A DNA stretch of 64,000 nt, taken from Omnitrophica WOR_2 bacterium GWF2_43_52 (GTDB lineage: Bacteria; Omnitrophota; Gorgyraeia; Gygaellales; UBA12090). The position numbers and the translations under genes were made by a program. The notes under the pieces are model-generated. The model did no database searches. It was not told the origin of the DNA and saw only the letters and a list, made by a program, of their open reading frames with translations. Shown here piece after piece: positions 56,696-64,000 of this stretch; positions within the stretch are counted from its first letter, which is position 1, and every line of letters starts with the position of its first letter. The stretch lies in assembly GCA_001805445.1 (NCBI GenBank), contig MHGF01000003.1:54736-118735 (forward strand), read 5' to 3'.

Positions 56696-58171
56696 ATGAA
56701 GGTATTGCTTATTCAACCGCCGTTTACTATATATCATTCGGAAAGCAAAAAATGCCATCCACCTTTAGGATTAGCTTATCTTGCCGGAGTTTTACGATTT
56801 AATTATGATGTGCGGATATTAGATGCGCTAGCGGAAGGCTACGATTTTCAGGAAAAAATAAGCCCAGGAATCATTCGCTATGGTATGGCCTTTACCGAAA
56901 TTAGGAAACGTATTGCGGATTTTTCTCCCGATATTGTTGGAGTATCATGTTTGTTTTCTGCGCAAGTCGAAAACTCCCTTTTAGCCTGCAGGGCGGCCAA
57001 GGAAGTTTCTAAAAGCATCCTTACTGTGTCTGGAGGAGCCCATCCTTCAACGGTTCCGCAGGAAATGCTTGCTGATTCTAATTTGGACTTTATAGTTTTA
57101 CAAGAAGGAGAAACCAGCTTCCCTGCATTACTACAGGCTTTAGAGGCAAAAAGTGACTTCTCCAGGATAGATGGTATTGCTTTTAAAAAAAACGGGAAAA
57201 TTATCGTAAATCCAAAAGCCGCGATGGAGGAAAATTTGGATACCATACCGTTCCCTTATTGGCAGGCATTGCCTATAAAAAAATACTTTCACATCAATAA
57301 TCCTCATGGGGTCGCGCTTTCAAATGTTCCGTTTCTACCTGTTATAACTTCTCGAGGCTGTCCTTTTTCTTGTATTTTTTGTTCTGTGAACAACCTCTGG
57401 GGCAGAGGATACCGGAAACGTTCAGCGGAGAATGTCTTAGATGAATTACAATACCTCATTGATTCTTTCGGTGTTAGAGAAATACTTTTTGAAGACGATA
57501 ACCTTACCTTAGATAAGCAACGGGCAATAAATATTTTCGCAGGAATGGTGGAGCGGAAATTTAATCTTCGCTGGAGCGTCCCTAACGGGATTGCGGTTCA
57601 GACATTGGACGAACCTATGCTTGAGCTTATGAAAAAAAGCGGTTGTCACAGTATTAGTATCGCAGTTGAATCAGGAGACGAATACATCCTGCACAAGGTT
57701 ATCGGTAAGCCTCTTGAGTTATCTCAAGTTAAACCAATTGTGGAAAAAGCCAGAAAAATAGGCCTGGAAACTACTATCTTCTTTGTCGTAGGATTTCCTT
57801 CGGAAACCAGGGAACAGATAAAACATACCTTCACTTTCTCCGAAAAATTGGGAGCGGATAACGTCAATTTTTTTTATGCTACTCCTTTACCAGGCACGGC
57901 CTTATTCGAAGTATGCCGAAAGAAAGGTTACTTGCAAGGCAAGATTGACTATTCACGGCTTAAATCTGATTACCCTGTTTTTTCTACTGATACTTTTACA
58001 GTTACGGAACTTGCGTCTGCGGTGCGAAAACAAAAATCAAAACTATACTTTCTTTATGCATTAGCTCATCCTGTGAAATCCGTAAGAAAAATATGGCGCA
58101 CGATAATAATAGACCCGAGAAATTTTATCCGTTTCTGCCTTAGATTTTTCAAGGGAATTTCAAAAACATGA
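56696..58171 (+). CDS. B12-binding-domain radical SAM enzyme (class B), paralog 6
   Basis: The B12 domain is 'VLLIQPPFTIYHSESKKCHPPLGLAYLAGVL'. 'QEGETSF' is present. The radical SAM motif is 'CPFSCIFC'. The size is 491 aa. Confidence 0.8.
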   Translation: MKVLLIQPPFTIYHSESKKCHPPLGLAYLAGVLRFNYDVRILDALAEGYDFQEKISPGIIRYGMAFTEIRKRIADFSPDIVGVSCLFSAQVENSLLACRAAKEVSKSILTVSGGAHPSTVPQEMLADSNLDFIVLQEGETSFPALLQALEAKSDFSRIDGIAFKKNGKIIVNPKAAMEENLDTIPFPYWQALPIKKYFHINNPHGVALSNVPFLPVITSRGCPFSCIFCSVNNLWGRGYRKRSAENVLDELQYLIDSFGVREILFEDDNLTLDKQRAINIFAGMVERKFNLRWSVPNGIAVQTLDEPMLELMKKSGCHSISIAVESGDEYILHKVIGKPLELSQVKPIVEKARKIGLETTIFFVVGFPSETREQIKHTFTFSEKLGADNVNFFYATPLPGTALFEVCRKKGYLQGKIDYSRLKSDYPVFSTDTFTVTELASAVRKQKSKLYFLYALAHPVKSVRKIWRTIIIDPRNFIRFCLRFFKGISKT

Positions 58172-60036
58172 TCAAACAGCAAACTATCATCTGTATTTCT
58201 AGCATTGACTGGGAGTTTATTTGGCAAGGCCATCAAGAAATCATGGCCGTCTTTGCCAAAAACGGTAACCGGATTCTTTTCATAGAAAACACCGGTGTGC
58301 GGGCGCCATCCTTTAAGGATATTGGCCGGTTGAATAAAAGAATAAAGATTTGGTTCTCAAGCATTCGGGGTTTCAGGGAAGTGCAGAAAAATATTGTAGT
58401 CTATTCTCCGATTATTCTGCCGTTTCCCCATTCTTTTTTTGCGCGGTTAATCAATAAACGGCTGCTCTTACGCCCTCTCGAGAAATGGATGAAGGCGGCA
58501 AGATTTGACCAGCCAATCATTTGGACCTTCTTGCCTACGGGAATTGCTCTTGATATAATCAACACAATAAACCACAAATTGCTCGTGTATTACTGTATTG
58601 CCGACTTCGCTAAACTTACTGATAAGCCATATAAACTAGCCTTAACTGAAAAGGAAGTTATCCGCCAAAGTGATGTAATTTTCACTCAAGGCAGCGTATT
58701 GAAAAATAAATGCCTGCAGTATAACAATAACGTGCATATTTTTCCTTTCGGAGTCAATGTGGAAGCGTTTTTATGCGCAAACCCGGACAAAGAGAAAAAA
58801 CCTGACGATATAAGAACTATTCCTCACCCAATAATCGGCTACGTTGGCGGAATCCATCGGCACATCGATTTTTCGCTTCTTAAGAATATCGCGCAAAACC
58901 GTCCTGAATGGTCTCTTGTGCTTATCGGTCCAGCCCAATCCGATCTCTCAGAGATAAAACATATCAATAATATATTCTTCCTAGGAAAAAAAGAATTCTC
59001 GATACTACCATCTTATATTGCTGAGTTTGATGTCGGAATAATCCCGTATAAGATCAATGCCTATACCCAAACAGTTTATCCAACAAAAATGAATGAATAC
59101 TTGGCTATGGGTAAACCGGTGGTTTCAACTAATCTTCCTGAAGTTATCGCCTTTAATAAAGAAAATCACGAAATCTTGCGCGTAGCTTCCACAAACGAAG
59201 ATTTTATCAAAGCTATCGATACCTATCTCGGTTACGACACTCCCTCCAGCATAGTCGATAGAATAGCCTGTGCCAAAAAGAACTGCTGGACAGAACGCAT
59301 CGAATTGATGAGCCGTCACATAGAGGCATTCTTAGACTTAAAAACTCCAGGGCAAAACGAATGGCAAATTTCACTGCTTCGGATCTATAAGCAATGGCGC
59401 AGGAAAATGGTTATGGTTGTTTCATCCGTTTTAATTATCTACGCAGGGATATTCTATACCCCGTTTATCTGGTGGATTTCTGAACCACTGATAATTTCTC
59501 AAAATCCACAAAAAGCTGATTGTATTCTGGTTTTAGCCGGAGGAGTAGGCGAATCTGGACAACCTGAGCAAGGATATGAAGAAAGAGTGTCTTACGCTGT
59601 GAAGCTTTACCGGCAAGGTTATTCAGAAAATTTATTGTTTTCTTCCGGATACACCTATGCTTTCAAAGAACCCTTCATAATGAAAGCCTTGGCCATGTCT
59701 GAAGGAGTTCCGGAGAATCGAATTTATCTTGAAACTAAAGCTAAAAATGTATATGAAAACATTATTTTTTCGGGAAATATACTCAGAATGAATAAGTGGA
59801 GAACCATTCTACTGGTAAGTTCTCCCTACAATATGCTTCGGGCCTCGCTGGTAGCAAAAAAACAAATACCTGCAATTACAATAGTGTATACCCCAATATC
59901 CGATTCCCTTTTTTACAGGCATGGAGAAAATGCTGCTGGCAACCCTGTATTGAAACAAATTACTATGCGTCAAATAAAAGGGCTCTTGCATGAATATTTA
60001 GGCATAGCCTATTACTTTCTAAAAAAATATATTTAG
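58168..60036 (+). CDS. Fusion: GT-B glycosyltransferase (paralog of ORF 52686) + C-terminal DUF218 (YdcF/SanA/ElyC-like) domain
   Basis: The N-terminal ~400 aa form a GT domain: 'GYVGGIHRHIDFSLL' and 'NEYLAMGKPVVSTNLPEV'. A TM segment 'MVMVVSSVLIIYAGIFY' follows. The C-terminal 'ADCILVLAGGVGESGQPEQGYEERVSYAVKLYRQGYSENLLFSSGYT...NVYENIIFSGNIL' is typical of DUF218. Confidence 0.6.
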   Translation: MIKQQTIICISSIDWEFIWQGHQEIMAVFAKNGNRILFIENTGVRAPSFKDIGRLNKRIKIWFSSIRGFREVQKNIVVYSPIILPFPHSFFARLINKRLLLRPLEKWMKAARFDQPIIWTFLPTGIALDIINTINHKLLVYYCIADFAKLTDKPYKLALTEKEVIRQSDVIFTQGSVLKNKCLQYNNNVHIFPFGVNVEAFLCANPDKEKKPDDIRTIPHPIIGYVGGIHRHIDFSLLKNIAQNRPEWSLVLIGPAQSDLSEIKHINNIFFLGKKEFSILPSYIAEFDVGIIPYKINAYTQTVYPTKMNEYLAMGKPVVSTNLPEVIAFNKENHEILRVASTNEDFIKAIDTYLGYDTPSSIVDRIACAKKNCWTERIELMSRHIEAFLDLKTPGQNEWQISLLRIYKQWRRKMVMVVSSVLIIYAGIFYTPFIWWISEPLIISQNPQKADCILVLAGGVGESGQPEQGYEERVSYAVKLYRQGYSENLLFSSGYTYAFKEPFIMKALAMSEGVPENRIYLETKAKNVYENIIFSGNILRMNKWRTILLVSSPYNMLRASLVAKKQIPAITIVYTPISDSLFYRHGENAAGNPVLKQITMRQIKGLLHEYLGIAYYFLKKYI

Positions 60037-60038
60037 CA

Positions 60039-61355
60039 ATGAAAAAGCTCTTATTGTTATACGTGATTTCACTGCCTCTGGCTGGTGTAATGACGTTTTT
60101 TAACATACGTGATAAGATCCAGCTTAACGACCTTATATTTCTTATTTTAACCATAGTGTTTGCTCTTTCTGTTTTATTCGGCAAAAGGAAGCTTCATACT
60201 GTTTCATTAGGATATTTTCTTATCCTAATAGTAGTAACTTTTATGGCTTCTAATTTAAAAGCTGGATTCACACCTGACATTGCCGTTGAGTATTCTGGAA
60301 TTATATATTTGATAGTAGTCTATTGCTTGGTATTTCAATTCATTGATTCCGAAATTATTTTTTGGCGCATCATTAATGTTTGGGCATGGGTAAGCAGTAT
60401 AATCGCTGTGGTTTCGCTTTTATCATATATTGGATACTATGCTGGCTTAAAAACTGGATTGGTCAGTGATTTTGGGCTTTTAGGAAAAGCCAACCCTGCA
60501 TTTGTAATTCGCTTAACCGGAACATTTAAACATCCGGGAATGTTTGCAGCCTATTTGCATGTCTCGATAGTTTTAATCTCTATTTTATTTTTCAGAACAA
60601 AAACATATAGCGAAAAGGCCCTCTCTGCAGCAGCCTTATGTTTATGTTTTGTGGCCGCAGGGTTGACTAAAACCAGGGTTATTGCCGGTATTATGTTCAC
60701 CATTTTTCTCATAACGTTAAGATTACAAGGTTCAAGAGGAAACTCTTTAATCAAATTTTTTTCAGGGGCTACCGCTTTCTCAACCATGCTTTTTATGCTT
60801 ATAATTACCGTTTGGTGGATCTTTCCTATTACTATTAGTCGCGATCCTCTAACCAAAAAGCGTTCTATAAAAGTTAATCTGGTCCATCAATCTTATTTCA
60901 TTCAGCATAAAGCGGCATTGCGTATGACCATGGACTATCCAGTATTAGGGGTAGGAATGGGGCTCTATAACATCCGATCTGCAGAGTATGTATCGTGGCA
61001 AGAGGCAAAAGATCCCTACCGTATCATGTTTCCTCAGGCTACCGAAAAAACGGACAATTTTTATCGCAAAGGTTTCGATCCCCATTCTACGTACTTAGGC
61101 TGGGCCGCGGAAACCGGATTGGCAGGATTATTTTCTATCATGGTTTTCTTTACTGCGGTAATTTGTGTGCTGAATAAAGGCAGAGCCTTTAGCTCTGCCG
61201 CGGGGAATGTTTTTCATATTTTTCTTGCCGGAATATTTGGGTTTTTATTTAATGCCCTCTATCTGGATATCCTGACTATGCGCCATTTTTGGCTGATGCT
61301 TGTTTTCGGGGTATCTTACTATAATCTCATTGTGAATAAGGAGAAAGCGGTTTAA
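60039..61355 (+). CDS. O-antigen ligase/polymerase family membrane protein (Wzy_C domain)
   Basis: There are about 10-12 TM segments. 'DPHSTYLGWAAETGLAGL' matches the Wzy_C H-x-x-x-L...E-x-G-x-x-G signature. A periplasmic loop is 'YRIMFPQATEKTDNFYRKGF'. Confidence 0.6.
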   Translation: MKKLLLLYVISLPLAGVMTFFNIRDKIQLNDLIFLILTIVFALSVLFGKRKLHTVSLGYFLILIVVTFMASNLKAGFTPDIAVEYSGIIYLIVVYCLVFQFIDSEIIFWRIINVWAWVSSIIAVVSLLSYIGYYAGLKTGLVSDFGLLGKANPAFVIRLTGTFKHPGMFAAYLHVSIVLISILFFRTKTYSEKALSAAALCLCFVAAGLTKTRVIAGIMFTIFLITLRLQGSRGNSLIKFFSGATAFSTMLFMLIITVWWIFPITISRDPLTKKRSIKVNLVHQSYFIQHKAALRMTMDYPVLGVGMGLYNIRSAEYVSWQEAKDPYRIMFPQATEKTDNFYRKGFDPHSTYLGWAAETGLAGLFSIMVFFTAVICVLNKGRAFSSAAGNVFHIFLAGIFGFLFNALYLDILTMRHFWLMLVFGVSYYNLIVNKEKAV

Positions 61356-63232
61356 TGTGCGGGATCGCTGGAATATTTAATCGAAACGGATCAAAGGTTG
61401 CCTCTCAAGGAATCAGGAAGATGCTTTCTGTGCTTTCTCACCGCGGGCCTGATGATGAAGGGACGTACTTCAGTAACGGTATCGGCTTAGGCCATAGACG
61501 CTTAAGCATCATTGACCTTGACAGTGGCCATCAACCTTTAGGGAATGAAACCGGCTCAGTACAAATTGTTTTTAACGGTGAAATATACAATTACCAAGAG
61601 TTGACTGCTGCATTAAAGGACAGAGGCCATGTATTTTCTACTAAAAGCGATACAGAAACAATTGTTCATTTATATGAAGAATATGGGATAGAGTCTTTCT
61701 CAAGGTTAAAAGGAATTTTTGCCTTTGCCCTGTGGGATGAAAATGCGGAAAGGCTTATATTAGTCAGGGACCAGGTAGGGGTTAAACCGCTATTTTATTT
61801 TATAGGTAAAGAAAGAGTGATTTTTGCTTCCGAGGTTAAATCTATACTGCAAAACACGCAAATCAGCAGGGAAATCGACGGGCGATCTTTTGACGATTAT
61901 TTTGCCCTTGGGTATATTACCGGAGGAAAAACCATAATTAAAGGTATCCATTCACTTCTGCCTGCGAATTTTTTGATAATAGATAAATCAAGGGAAATTT
62001 TAAAAGAGTATTGGGATATCCCATTCACAACAGATAGACCTTTTAAGGAAAAATATTACCAGGAGCAGTTACTAGGCTTGTTATCCCGAATTATACCCAA
62101 ACAGATGATCAGTGATGTCGCCGTAGGGGCTTTTTTAAGCGGAGGAATAGATTCCAGCGCCGTAGTAAGCTTTATGGGCAATAATCGTAAAGAAATAATT
62201 AAAACCTTCAGCATCGGTTTTAAGGAAAAGACTTATGATGAGTCGGTATATGCCAGGATGGTAAGCACTACATTCCGCACCCAGCACAAACAAAAGACGA
62301 TCAACGCTAACATCAGGAATATTATCGAAAAAATTATTTGGTTCAATGACGAGCCTTTTGCTGATACCTCAACTATCCCCATGTATTGCCTTTCTCAGTT
62401 AGCTTCTGAAGAGGTTAAGGTAGTATTATCTGGTGACGGAGGAGACGAAAATTTTTTAGGCTACCATACCTCTATCGCTGACAAACTACACCAAAATTAT
62501 TCTCGGTTTCCAGTCTGGTTGCGAAAAGGATTAAAGACAATCGGCGAAGGAGTATCTTCAGGCTTTGTGAAGGTAGGTGTCGGTGAAAAAATTAAGCGCT
62601 TCTTAAGAGGCGGGGTTTACCCTCAACCTTACGCTCATTATCTATGGCGCATTTATTTTGACGATCAAGAACGAAAAAAACTTTTTTCTCCTGATTTCCT
62701 TAGAAATAATCAAGGATATTCCCCCTTTGACCAGTTTATTGACCTGTTTGACAAACACAAGGAGGCCACTCTTACCCAGCGCTTAAGCTATATTGATTAT
62801 AAGACCTGGCTCGTCGATGACATCCTGAGAAAAGTGGACCGTGCGAGCATGGCACATTCCCTTGAGGCCAGAGTGCCACTTCTTGATCAGGAATTAATTG
62901 CTTTTTCAGCTCGTCTGCCTGATAATCTAAAAATGAAGGGAATACAAGGGAAGTATATTTTGAAACGGGCTCTTGCTTCTAGGCTTCCGCCTAAAATCAT
63001 CAACAGGCCAAAGCAAGGATTCAATGCTCCAATAGCTTATTGGATCAATAATGAATTGCAGGATTATGTCGATGATTACCTTTCTCGGGAAAGTATTACA
63101 AAAAGCGGTTATTTTAATTTCAATTACGTAAATACCTTACTACAAGACCACCGTAAGGCTAAAAAGGACAACGGTATTAAAATCTGGAGTATACTAGTAT
63201 TTATGCTTTGGAGAGATGCGTATCTTACATAA
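61355..63232 (+). CDS. Asparagine synthetase family amidotransferase, paralog 4
   Basis: The start is 'MCGIAGI'. 'LGHRRLSIIDLD' and 'IVFNGEIYNY' follow. The PP-loop is 'GAFLSGGIDSS'. The start overlaps the upstream stop (TAATG). Confidence 0.85.
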   Translation: MCGIAGIFNRNGSKVASQGIRKMLSVLSHRGPDDEGTYFSNGIGLGHRRLSIIDLDSGHQPLGNETGSVQIVFNGEIYNYQELTAALKDRGHVFSTKSDTETIVHLYEEYGIESFSRLKGIFAFALWDENAERLILVRDQVGVKPLFYFIGKERVIFASEVKSILQNTQISREIDGRSFDDYFALGYITGGKTIIKGIHSLLPANFLIIDKSREILKEYWDIPFTTDRPFKEKYYQEQLLGLLSRIIPKQMISDVAVGAFLSGGIDSSAVVSFMGNNRKEIIKTFSIGFKEKTYDESVYARMVSTTFRTQHKQKTINANIRNIIEKIIWFNDEPFADTSTIPMYCLSQLASEEVKVVLSGDGGDENFLGYHTSIADKLHQNYSRFPVWLRKGLKTIGEGVSSGFVKVGVGEKIKRFLRGGVYPQPYAHYLWRIYFDDQERKKLFSPDFLRNNQGYSPFDQFIDLFDKHKEATLTQRLSYIDYKTWLVDDILRKVDRASMAHSLEARVPLLDQELIAFSARLPDNLKMKGIQGKYILKRALASRLPPKIINRPKQGFNAPIAYWINNELQDYVDDYLSRESITKSGYFNFNYVNTLLQDHRKAKKDNGIKIWSILVFMLWRDAYLT

Positions 63233-63992
63233 CATGGATGTCGAACGGCTACAACAACAACAATATGACAAGCTTATAGACAAATATGACGCTACCTACG
63301 GCGACGACTATAGTCAACAGTATAGATGTAAATACATTTACAAGCCTATGTTTGATTCTATCAGCCTGAAAGGAATGAATGTTTTAGAAGCTATGTCCGG
63401 CAGTGGACAAGTAACGGATTATTTACTTTCGCATGGAGCGATAGTTACCGGCCTGGATATCTCTAAAAAATCGATACAACTTTTCAAGGAGCGTTGGCCG
63501 GGAAGCACTGCGGTATGTTGCTCTCTTTTGAACTCAGGATTGCCCAGTGAGTCATTCGATTGCGTAGTCGTGATGGGCGGATTGCACCATGTACAGCCAC
63601 ATAGTATGCAAGCTATCGATGAGGCATACCGTTTACTTAAGCCCGGAGGGTATTTTTGTTTTGCCGAACCTTTTGCCGGATCATTCCTGGATACTATCCG
63701 TAAAATATGGTATCGTCACGATCCGCTTTTTGCTAAAAATGAGCAAGCTATAGATATTGAATTCCTGAAAAACGAATATGCCGACCGCTTTGAAATTAAA
63801 AAAGAAAAATTTATCGGCAACGTGGCATATATTTTTGTGATGAACGCGATGATCCTACGAATACCTGCCTTCTTGAGACGCTGGTATGCTCCCTTTTTAT
63901 TACGCATGGAGTATTTTCTAGAACGCATACTAGGTAAACGCTTTTCTTGTTTTTGTCTCAATCAATGGAGAAAGAAATACGTCATAAAATGA
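63216..63992 (+). CDS. Class I SAM-dependent methyltransferase (probable)
   Basis: Motif I-like 'VLEAMSGSGQVTDYL' is present. 'VTGLDIS' is post-I. 'FDCVVVMGGLHHV' is motif II/III-like. 'LKPGGYFCFAEP' is motif IV-like. Confidence 0.6.
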   Translation: MRILHNMDVERLQQQQYDKLIDKYDATYGDDYSQQYRCKYIYKPMFDSISLKGMNVLEAMSGSGQVTDYLLSHGAIVTGLDISKKSIQLFKERWPGSTAVCCSLLNSGLPSESFDCVVVMGGLHHVQPHSMQAIDEAYRLLKPGGYFCFAEPFAGSFLDTIRKIWYRHDPLFAKNEQAIDIEFLKNEYADRFEIKKEKFIGNVAYIFVMNAMILRIPAFLRRWYAPFLLRMEYFLERILGKRFSCFCLNQWRKKYVIK

Positions 63993-64000
63993 AAAAGAAA

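Noticed and set aside
721-63961. All minus-strand ORFs in the six-frame track (e.g. 721-906, 2339-2698, 3502-3876, 5148-5522, 13684-14010, 14424-14906, 37107-37517, 39917-40480, 60551-60856), and plus-strand alternative-frame ORFs (13829-14029, 23997-24182, 31294-31533, 33799-34005, 57876-58064, 59796-59993, 60995-61177)
   Set aside because: Every one is fully embedded antisense or out of frame within a long, motif-supported plus-strand gene. They have low-complexity or Cys/Ser/Arg-rich translations typical of shadow ORFs. None has its own RBS or a recognisable domain.
1-64000. Search for mobile elements, CRISPR arrays, tRNA/rRNA genes and defence systems such as restriction-modification, toxin-antitoxin or CBASS
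   Set aside because: I found no transposase, integrase or recombinase motifs. There are no terminal inverted repeats, no regularly spaced direct repeats and no cloverleaf-like tRNA sequences. No nuclease or ATPase defence domains were recognised. The only non-glycan genes are the protease pair and the CotH triad.

Overview
The whole window is one + strand super-locus of about 55 co-directional genes for lipopolysaccharide/polysaccharide biosynthesis. Many genes overlap by 1-4 nt, so they are probably translationally coupled. The source is most likely a diderm (Gram-negative-type) bacterium with moderate-to-low GC. I found no rRNA, tRNA, CRISPR array, transposase or integrase.

Layout:
(i) 1-8.7 kb: LPS-core-like genes. 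These are a truncated WaaL-like ligase, two GT9 heptosyltransferases, a ManC-like guanylyltransferase, a DegT aminotransferase, a GT2, GmhB, a GT28/MGDG-synthase-like enzyme and a repeat protein.
(ii) 8.8-10.0 kb: an unrelated two-gene insert with its own AT-rich promoter. It encodes a chymotrypsin-fold (streptogrisin/alpha-lytic-like) serine protease with an N-terminal pro-like domain. Immediately upstream is a free-standing paralog of that pro-like domain.
(iii) 10-42.7 kb: a nonulosonic-acid (NeuA/NeuB/NeuC-like) module with heavy tailoring. It holds an AsnB-like amidotransferase, a Gfo/Idh/MocA oxidoreductase, a GT30 (Kdo-transferase-like) enzyme, 2 SPASM radical SAMs, a Wzx flippase, 4 B12-binding radical SAMs (one fused to a GT4), 3 SAM methyltransferases, GT4 and GT2 enzymes, a polyprenyl-P-sugar synthase plus GT-C pair, a CotH-kinase/VTC/DUF4956 triad and a second AsnB.
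(iv) 43-64 kb: a second unit. It holds a secreted transglutaminase-like protein, an oxidoreductase, a NodU/CmcH carbamoyltransferase, a DegT aminotransferase, 3 methyltransferases, 2 B12 radical SAMs, a SPASM radical SAM, a second Wzx, two paralogous glycosyltransferases (one fused to DUF218), a Wzy_C-family ligase/polymerase and two more AsnB paralogs.

Most unusual observations:
- Nine radical SAM enzymes (6 class-B B12-binding, 3 SPASM/twitch), four AsnB-like amidotransferases and about 7 methyltransferases sit in one glycan locus.
- The protease and free-prodomain pair is embedded in this locus.
- A CotH/VTC/DUF4956 triad sits inside the glycan locus.
- Two domain fusions occur: radical SAM with GT4, and glycosyltransferase with DUF218.
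- Simple-sequence repeats look like phase-variation switches: a 7-nt repeat x4 in the ManC-like gene, and G8 tracts in the CMP-NulO synthetase and in a methyltransferase.

All functional calls are from motif recognition by eye; no database search was run.
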